A stretch of DNA of 64,000 nt from Octopus vulgaris (taxonomy: Eukaryota), in contig OX597817.1 of NCBI GenBank assembly GCA_951406725.2, forward strand, positions 109,988,001 through 110,052,000, written 5' to 3'. Below, piece by piece: positions 1 to 13,849 of this stretch. Below the pieces are notes generated by a model. That model was not told the DNA's origin and did no database searches. It saw only the letters and a list, made by a program, of their open reading frames with translations. The translations under genes and the position numbers were made by a program. Every line of letters starts with the position of its first letter. Position 1 is the first letter of the stretch.

Positions 1-415
1 TATATATATATATAATATATATATAATATATGTATGGTAATGGATATTTATACACACACACACACATGCACATGCACACACACACACACACACACACACG
101 TGTGTGTGCATAGGGAAGTGTTTAAGGAAAAGCAGGTAAAAGGTGTGGTAATGAAATGGATAAATGGGTAAAATGATTATACACACAGAAAACATGAAAG
201 AAATTTCAAAGGAATAGTTGTAACTGAAAGATCTAAGAACATATTTGTACATATACACGAATGTGTATATGTATGTATATTTGTTAGTATGCATGTATGT
301 AAGTTTGTATGTATGCATGCATGTATGTATGTACATACATATGACTGTAGCATTCATATATACTTTAATGCAAAGGTGTGTATATGTTTATCTATATATG
401 TATTTGTACATATAC

Positions 416-420
<5 letters not shown>

Positions 421-480
<60 letters not shown>
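421..480. repeat. (TA)n microsatellite
   Basis: Directly visible TA dinucleotide run. Confidence 0.95.
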
Positions 481-481
<1 letters not shown>

Positions 482-499
482 GTACCTCCTTATCAACTA

Positions 500-855
500 C
501 TATACTGTATCCTTTCTAAATCCACTTGCTCGTTTTTCTCCCTGCCTGTTATTCCTACCAACTTCATCCTTATCTAAATATTTATACACCTTCTTATTTA
601 ACTAAATGTGTTTCTCTACTAGCTTTTCTGCCGGTTCGAAGTGAAGTGTATTTATTTCGGTGCCAGACCTGTGTAGTGTAGTGTAGTGTGTGTGATAGTG
701 AATTAGGTTATGTGGAGTATGTATATTAGTGTATGTATTTATGTATGGGAACCAGCTTAATTTATTATTCATACTGAAGTGCTTATTCTTTTTTGATTCA
801 AATATGTATTGGTCAGAGTATCCTTTCCTCTTAAGTACTGTCATAATATCCTAAT
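500..855 (-). mobile_element. Possible Penelope-like retroelement fragment (RT thumb/linker region) between TA tracts
   Basis: Minus-strand frame reads VLKRKGYSDQYIFESKKNK...SWFPYIN...EPAEKLVEKHI*LNKKVYKYL; resembles the 'LxxxGYxxxxI...xPY' thumb region of PLE reverse transcriptases; flanked by TA microsatellites. Weak motif-level resemblance only. Confidence 0.35.
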
Positions 856-890
856 TACTTTTCCTCATATACATACATAAGTGCATACAT

Positions 891-1469
<579 letters not shown>

Positions 1470-1608
1470 TGCAATGCATCTTCTAGAAGTAACAGGTGTA
1501 AGATAATGAAATTCATTACACAATTTCATTTATATAATTTCTTATTATACTTTTTATTTGTTTAATGCCATTTTTTGAAGCATATGTATATTGAGTTCTA
1601 TGCCTAAG

Positions 1609-1657
<49 letters not shown>

Positions 1658-2764
1658 TACATAATCATATATGCAACCACACACACATACACACATCTAC
1701 AGAATAGATAGATAGACAGATAAATAGATAGGTAGGTATACATACAGACATATGGAGTGAGGCAGTAATTTCAATCAGTAATTTCAATCCAAAGATCCAT
1801 ATTTCTTGTTGGATTTTTGGTGGGTTGGAAAATTACTGTGGGATAAATGCCTGTTTTTATTTACCTCCCACTAAGTCCCCACTCCCTCCAAAGATGTGCT
1901 GCCAGAATAAGCATCTTACTCTACTTTTCACATGTCTTTCCGATTACAGATGACAATAGGGGAATTTCGATTTCGTCATTGTACAGCGCACTTACAGTCT
2001 TCTATTCATTTTGAGTTTTTCTTTCCTTCATTTTTTTTTTCCTTCCTCCATAGATTCACATGATTTAGTTCTCTCTCAATCATCAGTCAAAATATATTAG
2101 AAAGGTATATTCAGCTCCGTAATTATAGTAATAGTAGTATTGTATATCAAATAGTCATCCTTACCTTTAACAGCAGTAGTAGTAGCAGTAGTATTAGTAT
2201 TAGTAGTAGTAGTTAGTAGACATAGAAACACAAAATAATTAAACAAATTTGAAATGTTCGTTGATAAATAAAGGAACAACAAACGAGATTTAGAATAGTA
2301 TTCAACCAATTATTTTAAGAGAATAGTAAGCAGAACCAAATGGACAAAATACACCACCTGTTTATCATGACAGCTATTAATTACAATTCAAAAGTAGACA
2401 ATATTATCTCCCTGCTTACTTTACCTGTGCTGAGGAATAGAACGATTCTTTCAATTTTTAAGCCTGGTAATCTGTAGTGATAGAAAATTTCTCCACATAC
2501 CCTTTTTTTTCAATGTAAATAGGCAATCATTAAATTATTCTGGGTTTTCAGAGGATTTTTTTTTTGCTTTGCTTTTTGGTTTTTTATGGCTTTTTTTCTG
2601 ATACATGGATTTCTCCAGTAGTTTGGCTAAGAATCCTTTATGCTTAGTGAAAGAATCTCTAACTGGATAATGACAAAAGTATTTTAATTTTCTACTGACA
2701 CTGGTAATGATATTATGAGTTATGTCATTTATATATCAGAATCAGGAGTAAGATGGTGGTTATA

Positions 2765-2807
<43 letters not shown>

Positions 2808-4275
2808 ATATAAATATATATATGAACACACACACACACAAATATATATATACATATAAATACTGATTTATTCCAAAATCCTCTTTTGTTTTTTTTTGTT
2901 TTTTTGGGGGGGTGACACAGTTATATCAAAACCGAGTCACTTTTAGCTTATATTTGGTTTTATGCCATCAACCCAGAATATATTCCAGTTTACATCTCAT
3001 TCTAAAATATACAATGAAATCAAAACATTTTGTTAACTTTTCTTTTGTTAATTGTATTTATTCTTTGAGATCTTCGTGATAGATAACTAAATGATACTTA
3101 GAATCCAAACTGACAGGGATTTATTGTAGAATTCTGTAAGAGAGTGAAGAAGAGATCTATAGAAAGGTTATAACCAAAAAAAAAAATGCCTTTCACTAGC
3201 AAGAAATTTTGGAAAGTATTAATCAATAGTTTATTAGAAGAGGATTTCTCATTAAAAATAAAGGAAAAATTAGTTTAACAATGGAGAATAATATATTTTT
3301 AAATGAATATTACGGGTATGAAAAAGTTTATGATGTAGTGAATGTGACAGTCACTGAAAAAAGCAGAATAAAATTGAAAAAGAATGTAGCAGCAAACTAA
3401 AATAATTAGGTCTCCTAAAGAAGAAATTTAACTGTGAGCTCACAATATGGAATCTTCTGTTTTCCTGAAGAGAATTACAATTTGAGAAGGGAAAAAATCA
3501 ATCAATAGATAGGTGACTGTTTCATGACAATAACTACAACAAAGAATGATGAAAACAATATTTTAGAGAGAGCCTCAGAGAAATATACAGAAATTAATCA
3601 ACTATAAACATACCGAAGAACCAACTGTATAAATATATTGAGAAAATGTGCTAAGATAACAAAATCTACTCAAATTAGAAATAATGATTTCTTTCAATAA
3701 GGTATATGCTGGCCTATTTTTGTACGGAAAGTGATACCCAATATATTGAAAGAAACTATGTATTCTATTTCTCGTTTTATTGATTCCAAAAGAATTAAAG
3801 ACAAAAGCAACTCCACTAGCAGCAGCAGTATTCGAACTGAGAACATGAAAGGATGAAAGTAAAAAAAATAATTATTTCTTATGACTAAGCACAAGACCCT
3901 CTTTTTTTATTATTATTTCTGAGGGAGCTGACATGGCTAATTGAATCAATCACAATGTCTTTTTGGTGCATATTTTATCAGTCCCAAAAGAATAAAAGGC
4001 AAAATATATATCCAGACAGCATTTGAACTGTGAACGTAACAGGCTGAAAGAAAAGATTCAATTCAATAAATATTTCTTTTGATTAAACAAACATAAGGTT
4101 CGAATACTGTAGGAGAAGCAATCAGGGCTGCATTAACCATTAAACAAAGCTCATTAAACAAAGCCATTAAACAAATGCACATACTTAAGGCACAGTTTTT
4201 TTTTGGGAGATAGTCGGGGGTCCTAGTACTGGATTTACAGAAGAGTATAAAATGCTAAACTATTTTTAAAAGGAT

Positions 4276-4510
4276 TTAACACCTTATCATTTAAGCTGGC
4301 CATATCCAGCCTAAATATTCTGCCCGTTTTATGTTCAAACTGGTCAGATCCAGCATCTTACACCTACCCTACAACGTCATTCTAAAAATAAACAAAACAC
4401 ATCATTGAAATATCAAAGCTATGAGATAATACATGATTAATTTAAAACAATGTCAATGAATAAGCATTACATTTGACAATATTACATTGCATTTGAATGG
4501 TAAAATGTCA
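4276..4510 (+). mobile_element. Degenerate TTAA-type (piggyBac-like) MITE, same family as 37156-37359
   Basis: ttaacaccttatcatttaagctggccatatccagcc...ttcaaactggtcagatcc...aagcattacatttgac matches the body of 37156-37359; termini eroded. Confidence 0.6.
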
Positions 4511-4533
4511 AAATTTTTTCCTATTATCCTGGT

Positions 4534-4572
<39 letters not shown>

Positions 4573-6407
4573 AACACTTCATATGCTAAGCCTACATGAG
4601 TGGATCTCCATGCTAAAGTTTGAAAATTCATGAGTTTTCATGAGAAACACACTGTAGTGATTTTCCCGTTGTCTTTAGTTGATTATTTATAGTTTATTTT
4701 GCTAGCATTCTGCTCTCCTGAATTTACTCTCAAGGCACAAGGCATAATGAATCCTTTGCAAGGAGTTGATTTGCACAACATTAGAGCCAATGATTGTATT
4801 TTAATATAATTGAGTCACAAAAAAGAAAAAAAAAAGTGAATAGAAGGGTGACATTTGACAATCTAGATTTAAATAAGTCATCCTAAAATAGGACAGAATG
4901 GTCATAGTTTGACAATGTCTTTAAATATGGGAGAAGGTTTGGTTGATTGTGTGGTTGAGCAATGTGGTACATGACCAAGTGGTTTTCGTGTTCTATCCCA
5001 CCTTAGCCCCCCAGGTTGATCATTATAATTTGGGATACAAAAACTGTATAGAGACCAGTGGTCAGACTTCTAAATTTGAGTTCTCTATTCAAAGTGGCCT
5101 GACCTTGTTCCTTTGAACTTGCCACCTGCAAGAATATATGTGTGTGCATGTATATTGTGTGTGAATGTGTATGTGTGTGAATGTGTATATTTATATATGT
5201 ATGCATCTTTCATCAATACATATCAGCAAAGGAGGTAAACAATGGTGGGAAAAACTAGAAATCAGTGCACTTTGAGAGACCTATCACATATGTTATGCAC
5301 TAGTTTATTGGCTTTCATGCTGATGTTTACATCTTTTGTTGATATGCATCAGTGAATAATATACCCTCCCCACATACACATACATTCATACACTTTCACA
5401 CAATTATGATGGACTTCCCACAGCTTTCCTTCTTCTAAATTTTACACAGGTTTTGCTCAAAGTACTACACTATGAGTCAAAACTTGGAACCATATGGTTG
5501 CAAAATAACATTTTAAACTACACAACCATGTTTCAATCCTTTGTCTACCCTTTTTCCTTCCACCTACCACAACTGTGTATAAAAACAACAAACCTCACTT
5601 GTGCTTGCTGAATATTGAATGCAACACATCTTTTTTATGATCATCTTTCCACTCACCTTGGTATTTTTCTTCTACCTTCAATAGAAAAGTTCAAGGTAAA
5701 CAGGTGGGTTGAAAGAATCATTTGAACAGTCATGGGTAACCTGCAGCCCACAAGACTTTCTGACTGGCATGCCTAGTGAAAAATTACCCTCAGTTTTTTT
5801 TTTAGTAGTGCAATCAGCCTGTTGAGGAACCATGTCTCATGCACCCCACTTCTTGAAAATACTTGCCTGTGCTTGTCTTACAGTGTCTAACAAAACACTT
5901 AGCAGTATTTATTCCAGCTTTTTATGTTATAGGTTCAAATCCCACTAAGGTCAACTTTGCCTTTCAAATTTCTTGAGGTCAATAAAATTAAGAAAGAATC
6001 CAGGGTGGGTTGATGAAACTATTACAACATTGGATGAAATACTTTTCTGTATTTGATCCAGCTCTTTGTGGTTTCAGTCACTGGCCAAGTTATACCAGTC
6101 CCAGCATTTTCTTTGAAGTTGGAATAGGGAAGTGAGATTTTCTGTTTGGGCAACTGCTGGTCTTCAATAAAACACTTCACCTAAGCCTTCTTCTTCAGAG
6201 GAACTTTCCACATGCAGATTATATAAGGTTAACCTTGATTGATAGAGGCCTTGCTAAGTTGAACATAACCTCTATTAACTTCTCCAAATTGACTCTATAT
6301 CCCACACTAACAATAAATGATAAAAAAGGGAGGGAGATAATATTTTGTTGGATGTTTAAGCAATAGAACTGATTCATTATATTATCATTATTTCTTAATG
6401 GTAAAAA

Positions 6408-6590
6408 CGAGCTGGCAGAATTGTTATCACACTGCTTAGGGGCATTTCATGTCTTTATGTTCTGAGTTCAAATTCTGTTTTGCCTTTCATCCTTTTGGGG
6501 TCAATAAAATAAGTACCAGTCAAGCACTGGGGTGAATGTAATCAACATACCCCTCTCCTCAAAATTTGTGCCAAAATTTGAAACCATTGT
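6408..6590 (+). mobile_element. SINE family B (tRNA-derived)
   Basis: gagctggcagaattgtta (A-box-like)...gttctgagttcaaattc (B-box-like)...tttgcctttcatccttttggggtcaataaaataagtaccag; recurs many times in the window. Confidence 0.75.
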
Positions 6591-6734
6591 TTCTCAATGG
6601 TGTTACTTTTTAGCCCCAGCAGAGGTCCAATTAAGCAAAACCATGCAGCCATCGAGCCATCTTCTTCAGTTTCTGGGAGAGTTCAGGGTATAGATATCTC
6701 AGATATCTCCTCTGTAGGGTACTTTCAGAAGCAA

Positions 6735-7080
6735 CCATCATTACAATTTCCATCTAGATTCCCAAGCATGACCAACTGAGACAATGGATATTATCCAGCC
6801 ATCTCATTCTTGTTTTGTTGCTAGATCTGCCAGTTGGTTCAGCTTAAGGAATCTATCTTGCTATTCTTTCCTGTTACATTCTAATCACATGTCTGTAGTA
6901 CTAAAGCTGTGACCTCACAATATGAAAAAGGAGCAGCTCAACCTGGGGAGACTCCCAAATCTCCAAACTACACACCCTGTTGAGCAATGTTACTCTAGAG
7001 ATCTTTCAGAAGAATCCCATTTCGGCCATTTGTATTCACAATCATACTTTTGGTACCCAACATACATGACCATAGGTGAG
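6735..7080 (-). mobile_element. RTE-like LINE 3' fragment (degraded)
   Basis: Reverse complement reads ...YYRHVIRM*QERIAR*IP*AEPTGRSSNKTRMRWLDNIH, matching the RTE C-terminal 'GHVxRM...GxRPRGRPRxRWxDxI' pattern; related to 18095-18300. Confidence 0.6.
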
Positions 7081-9339
7081 GTCGGTTTCTGTTTTAAAAA
7101 TAATTAAAAACATTTTCAATCAATAATATTTGACAGATTGATTCCAGCATTAAGTAAAGATTATTTCAATGAAACATATTACAATTAAACTGAATCAAGA
7201 AAGGTTAGGTTAGGTTAGACACAGAAACCAATTCAAGCAAGACCATTTTTCTTTGCTGTTTTGTTTCTAATATTTTTTTATATCACAATCGAAAACAGGT
7301 TTCCAAAGGCATTGATCATTGGTTCACTGCATTCATGATGGTGACAGTGAAAAGGGAGTGTCTGTAACTCAGTACAGAATAAATATGAAAATAATAAATA
7401 AATGGGAGGGACATTGCTGGAATGCTTTTGATTATAGCTGTTTGGTTGAGAATGACCTATATTTAATGTTTTAGGGACAAAATGTAATTTCATTTGTGCC
7501 CTATTTGCATAACATATGTGAGAGCACACTTGCAGAGTCTTGGAAAAAAAAACCCCTTCATTCACACATTTCCCAAACATATTTATGAAGAACTGCAACA
7601 GGTAAGCCCCAAAATAATGGAAGCCACATGTGACCACTTTGTGATGGAACTATTTTAGATAAAAATAACCAGCTGGTAACATTAAGCAGAGAATATAATA
7701 ATGTCCTAAGTGTGTTTGGGACCCAACTTTAAAAACAATAACTGCTTGTAAACATTATCCATGATTACAATGAGCAGCTTGAATTTATAATTTAGATTTC
7801 AATTTTATCAATTATAAACCTAAGCTTTTTACCATTTTTATTGCCTTTCCTAACCTAATTCTCAGTAGTAATGTGGTAATTAACCCCACCCATCTTGGGA
7901 CTTGATTCTCTGCCAGGAAGGTAGCCTTACTTTTTTCATGAACTAGCATAGGATATCTACATACTTACTGAACCTGCAAGAAATAGCAGCTAAATCTTCT
8001 TCAACTCACACCCTCTTGTCTTAAGAAACAGACACACATTAGATAATTTAGTCCTATATACTCAGACAGGAATCAGTATAGTTAGAATATCTTTGATGAT
8101 AGTGCTGGCTGCTAGACCAGGATTGGTTTTTAGTTAATCAACTGTAACATATGTCTTTCCTGCTTTGTTTGATAATGTTACAAATTATCACATACTTCAG
8201 GAAATATTAATGATAGTAAATGACTAGCATCATATTCAGTAGAATATTTGCTTTTAATCAATGTAATTTGATACCATAAGGTGTCTAGTGAGTTTAAAAA
8301 TTAAAAATTAATAGCAATTATATTAATTCAAACATATATATACACATGTACAGGAAAACGTGTATGTGTGTGTGTGTGAAGTGATGAATGAATTGGCAGA
8401 GTTGCTAGAGTATCAGTTAAAATGCCTTGTGGTATTTCTCCTGGACGTCCACACTCTGAGGTGAAATCACAACGAAATCAACTTTTCCTTTCAGCCTTTC
8501 AGAGTCATAAAATAATGTGCTAGCCAAATGTTGGGGGCTCATTTTGTCTTTCTCCACCCCACCCCTACAACACTCATTTCTCTCTCTCCTCCTCTTTCTC
8601 TCATTTTCTCTCTCTCACCAACACAGAATTAGCTATGCTGCACTATGAGAAGGCCACAGGAGTCTACTCACACTGTCTGACATAACTGGCATAATCAAAA
8701 ATGATAAGAGAGCATAGAAGAGCCACCTACACTCCAAGCTTTGATGATTGCAAATGTTGTTGAAACACATACACAAATGCACAAACAAACATACTCACAT
8801 ATACAAATACATGCATACACACATACATACATATATAGATATCTTTTAAATTTGTTTATGGTAAGATTTTGAATATGCAAATAAAGCTCCTATTTCATTA
8901 TGCCAGCCACCATCTAATGATGCTGACTAGTGAGCTAGTTTTTCAGGGCTGCATCAAGTTATACTAATATAATGTAGGATAACTACAATAATAATAATAA
9001 CAATAATCCTAAGATAAAATTTATAAATATTTAATGCATCACAACGCATGTTTCCACAAATCACATTACTTTTAAGATTACAGTCCATATTCCTTGGATA
9101 ATTATAGTGTGGCCCATAATATCCATGGGCATCTGGTTGATCATCATCATTGATTCATCTCTTCAGACAATATAACATTAGTGGATGACCACTGAGGGAT
9201 ATTTTCCTCTTTTTACCAGTCCGAAGGACAAACAAGTTATGTGGGCATTTCTGTGGTGTATTTGGTGGAGAGGAGCAGAAGGTGATGAGAATACACACAC
9301 ACACACACACATATACATATATATGTATATGTATGTACA

Positions 9340-9697
9340 CAGGGTGCGGTGAATAAATTGTCATCTAAATTACACAAAAATGAAAAAAACACTGACATCT
9401 CATTTTAACAGATATATTTACTAAAATTACATAAAAATATCTTGAAATACTAAAGAATAAATTCATTCAATAAAATCACCATTGGCTTCAACCATGGCCT
9501 CTAGACGACTTTGGAATCTCTGCAATTCTTCTGGGTGGTCTCTTTGTTTAAGTTGGTGAATGCTACCATAATCCTTGCCTTCAGTTCATCTTTAGTGTTG
9601 CAAGTTTTGTTGTTCTCTTGCGTCTCTTGCTCAACTGCGCTCCACACATAATAATCAAGGGGGTTGTAGTCTGGGGAGTTAGAAAGCCAGATGTTAA
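9340..9697 (-). mobile_element. Tc1/mariner superfamily maT (DD37D)-like transposon, 3' end fragment
   Basis: Terminal CAGGGTG; minus strand reads NIWLSNSPDYNPLDYYVWSAVEQE...NTKDELKARI...EAMVEANGDFIE ('SPDxNPLDY' motif); cut by a SINE at 9698. Confidence 0.75.
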
Positions 9698-9974
9698 GGC
9701 TCAGTTTCCCGGTTTCTGTGACGTATGTGTTCCCCCCCCCCCCAGCTGGACGGGACGCCAGTCCGTTACAGTGTTACTCAAGAAACAGGAAGAGAGAGTA
9801 AGAGAAATTTAGGGCGAAAGAGCACAACAGGAGTCACCACCACCCCCTGCCGGAGCCTCATGGAGCTTTAGGTGTTTTCGCTCTATAAACACACAACGCC
9901 TGGTCTGCGAATCGAAACCGCGATCCTCCGACCGTGAGTCCTTTGCCCTAACTACGGGGCCATTGCGCCTCCAC
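9698..9974 (-). mobile_element. SINE family C (tRNA-derived), abutting the maT fragment
   Basis: Reverse complement begins gtggaggcgcaatggccccgtagttaggg...cggtttcgattcgcagaccagg (A/B boxes), shared with 18313 and 59735 copies. Confidence 0.75.
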
Positions 9975-10226
9975 TTACCTGTAATCCTCACATATATAGA
10001 CGCACACACATACATGCACACATATGAACAGGCAATATTCATACATGTCCGTACACTATATGTGTGTGTAGACATGTGCATATATAATGCACACAGATGT
10101 TTGTGTATTACTGCAATATATCTTATACATTTATTTTTACACATACCTATACAGGTATAAGCAAACAAACCATTAACTGTACTAACAGATAAACATCTGA
10201 AACAAAATGTCCTTTTCCCTACTGTG

Positions 10227-10258
<32 letters not shown>

Positions 10259-10332
10259 TGTATGTATGAGTGTGTGGTGTGTATAGAGTGAGTGTAGAAT
10301 GATTGATAAAACAAAATGTCATGATAAATACT

Positions 10333-10776
10333 GGCGTGGCTGTGTGGTAAGAAGGGAAGTTTGCTTCCCGGTCACATGGTTCTAAGTTCAGTCCTACTGT
10401 GTAGTATCTTAGGCAAGTGTCTTCTACTATAGTCTTGGGTTGACCAAAACCTTGTGAGCGGATTTGGTAGATAGAAACTGAAAGAAGCTCATTGTATGTA
10501 TGTATGTGTGTGTGTGTCTGTGTCTGTGTGGGTGTGTGTGTAGGCATGCGTACTGTGTGTGTCTCTGTGGTTGTCCCCCAACACTGCTTGACAACTGGTG
10601 TTGGTGTGTATGCATCCCCATAACTTAGCAGTTCAGCAAAAGAGACTAATAGAATAAGTACCAGGCTTTAAAAATATTAGTACTAGTTTCAATGCATTCG
10701 GTTAAAATTCTTCAAAGCAGTGCCTCAGCATGGCCACAGTCTAAATGACTAAAACATGTAAAAGACAAAAGACAGA
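10333..10776 (+). mobile_element. SINE family A (tRNA head, central microsatellite, (GTAAAAGA)n-like tail)
   Basis: ggcgtggctgtgtggtaag...gttcagtcc...ggcaagtgtcttctactatag...(TG)n...cagcatggccacagtc...gtaaaagacaaaagac; homologous to 20431, 33585 and 46205 copies. Confidence 0.85.
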
Positions 10777-11178
10777 TAATAGACAAAGATGTAATACATT
10801 CAGCCATATCAAGCCTTATGGCATATTCCAAATTCTATATTCTTTAAGTTAGCTGTAATTATAGAGACAAGAACAAACAGCTGTCTGATAAACATAATGG
10901 TAGTCACTTTAGCATGTCATCCTATTTTTGTCTCTGCCCACTTACACTATTTGGGTTTTGATGTATCCCAATCATGTGGCGACCCTCTTGACCATGCATA
11001 AACTCCTATTGCATAATATAAATTGTAACAACTACTGTAGGTATATATACAACTATATAATTGATGCATATATATATCAAAAATAGTATACATTTCTTCA
11101 CAAAATGAAGTTTCAATCTATGGTTATGAGCCGAAGCATGCTTCTACTGTGACACTGCTCAGTGAGTGATTATGCAAA

Positions 11179-11570
11179 TCTCTAAATATATAAAGCTGAA
11201 GTTGTCTGTGTATGGCATGTTTGGTAGCCTTCAACTAACACTATTTCCTCCAAGACCCTGTGGCACAATTTGACCAAAATTGAGAGTGTGATAGAAAGAG
11301 GCTTGCTCTTCCTTCTGTAGAAGAAAAAATTCAAATCGGACCATGTTAACACCAACAATTATTTACACCAAAAAGGTGCTTTTTTTCTATGAAAGTCCTT
11401 ATTTTTTACGATTTTTTTACAGCTGTGTCACCATTTTTCGGTGTATTTCAACCAGAAAAATGTTCACTTAAAGAGAATAACAAGCTACATAATGCAAAAT
11501 TTTTACTTTTCAAAAATTCCAATTCTAAAGGATCGAAGCAAACCTGAGCAACGCCGGGTGATACTGCTAG
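11179..11570 (+). mobile_element. Non-autonomous Helitron
   Basis: A|TC 5' end at 11179, CTAG|T 3' end at 11567-11571, GC-rich subterminal hairpin acctg-agcaacgc-cgggt (11542-11559), no TSD: canonical Helitron signature. Confidence 0.8.
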
Positions 11571-12712
11571 TATTATATAATGTATTATTTCTTATAGTAT
11601 CTGTTCTGGGTTACTTTACTTCTATTACATCATTCATTAAGTGCTATTCACTTATTGTTTATTTATTTATTTCTATGCTTTGGAATGTTTCAATGTATGT
11701 AATATAGTAACTGCAAAGATTATGCTGCAACACTGGGATGTTAATCTACTGGCTAAAAGGTGACATTTCACTCTGCCAATACTCGAGGAATCACATTTGA
11801 CAAAACCACATGCATAGATCTATGCATTGCCTTTTTCTGGGTGTTTCTTCATTTGCCATTTTCAGATCAGCCAGAAGCAAATCAATTCTTTATATGCTTT
11901 CCCAGCATTGCATACTAAGCGAGTTTGCTAGTTCAGTTACTAAATGAAATGACGTAAATTCAGAAAATTTAGACTGATCTCATATTAATAGAATAGAGTA
12001 GCTTATATTATGCTTTTAAAAAAATTGGTTACATAATAAAACTTTGACAAAAACAGATTTTAAAATAAGCTGATAGTAGCAGTCAAATAATTGCTTGACT
12101 TAATTAAGATTTTCAAGTCTTTTTAATATATAGGTTTTGTTTTAAGATTTTTATGCTATTTCAAAGGGAGGTGTACAGTTCTATAAATCTGGATTTTGGT
12201 TTGACTTTTATTAGAAAAAGTGTTTTGAAATTAGATATTGTCTCTTAATGTTATATGTTAGATTAAAGCAAGTGATCAATGTCTGACAAAATACCTTGTG
12301 ATATTTGTGTCAGTTGTTTATGTTCTGAGTTCAAATCCTGCTGAGGTCAGCTTTGCCTCTCATTCCTCCAGGTCAGAAGAATAAAGTACCAGTCTAGGGA
12401 GATGGATGGATGGATGGAAAATGTAAGAGCACTGGGTTGTGGTTTGAGGGAGATATGACTGCTATTTGTAGCAGATCAATTGACTATATAAAGATTCTTT
12501 CATTGGTTCATAGATACTATAGTTTATTGCTTCTCAATTGCATTTGATCTGTTCAAGTGACAAGGATGTTCCTAGGATTGAAATCACTTTCAGCTACAGT
12601 TGTGCAGTATGTCAGCTCAGATCAAGAAGACCTATGAAACATAGCTAGTATCCGCACTGAACATCGAGGTACAAACCATAGATCCATAGCTTCAGATATA
12701 CCATACTTCTGT

Positions 12713-12900
12713 AATCATCATCATCATCGTCATTTAACACCCTTATTCCATGGTGACATGGACTAGATGGTTTGACAGGATCTGACATGTTCAAGGACTG
12801 CATCAGGCTCCAATGTCTGCTTGGCATGGTTTTCACTGTTGCGTCTTTTTCCTAACACTGACCACTTTACAGCATGGATTGGGTGCTTTTTTCATGTGAC
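12713..12900 (-). mobile_element. Retroposon 3' end with (GAT)n tail (RTE-associated SINE/LINE end)
   Basis: (CAT)n followed by tttaac..ttccatg..catgg...gtttgac; similar ends at about 16328, 22550, 25566 and (opposite orientation) 53557-53600. Confidence 0.55.
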
Positions 12901-13849
12901 CTGTACTGTTGAAGTTGCCATGCAATTCACAGGACTGCAGGCCCTGAGGGAAGTAGAGAGGTCAGCTTCATACTAGGGAATTGAGGGGATTACAATGAAA
13001 GAGCAGGATCCGGCACATGGATCTGCATGGCTATGAGTTGAGAATCATTCAGCACATTCTGACATGCAGCCATTAATTGTATGTGGTGCAGTGTGAAAGC
13101 CTATGCATGAGTTGCAGATGACAATGAATAATTAGGTTGTTAGCTTACTGCCCCAAAAAGATGTGAGAATCAGGTTGCTCTTATTGCATCATTCCTTGGA
13201 AAACCTAACATCAATACAGGCACCACATGGAGATACCCACCTCTCTCTCTCTCTCTCATTCTCTCCCTCTCTCTCTCTCATTCTCTCCCTCTCTCTCTCG
13301 CTCTCTCTTATGTAAAGAATGTGGGTGTGTACTGTATAAGATGATATTTCACTGCCTGAAAGTACCCCTATGAAGTTATCTTCACCAACCTAGTGTTCCT
13401 TATTAGAGAGAGAAATATCTTTACAAGTAAAGAGTATTTTGAAAGATTGGTAAACTGAACAGGAACTCAGTCTATTATCACAGACATTTTGCTGAGGCAG
13501 ATGATATAGACAAGAGTTTATGGAGAGAAAAATGAATCATGCTTATATAGGGCGAGTCAACAGACCCACTTCTCAGATACTCCTGTACCTACTTTTACAT
13601 ATTCAATGCCCACTCAACATATCCTATGTTAGTTAGGTATTGACTAAATTGAAAGACATAATTGAATGACATCTAAACAGACAAAGGCTAATTTGAAATC
13701 AATTGTATGAAATTAAATTATAGTACCCAGCTGTTGAAACTATTTTGCTCTAGTTACATATTCTATCATATCTGAAATGATGGCACCACACCACATAATA
13801 AGTGATGAATGGCAGATGTAATTAAGCAAGCGTATTGTATTATAAGGTA

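Noticed and set aside
2900-3860. A-rich stretch resembling decayed coding sequence
   Set aside because: Many stops in all frames and no recognisable motif.
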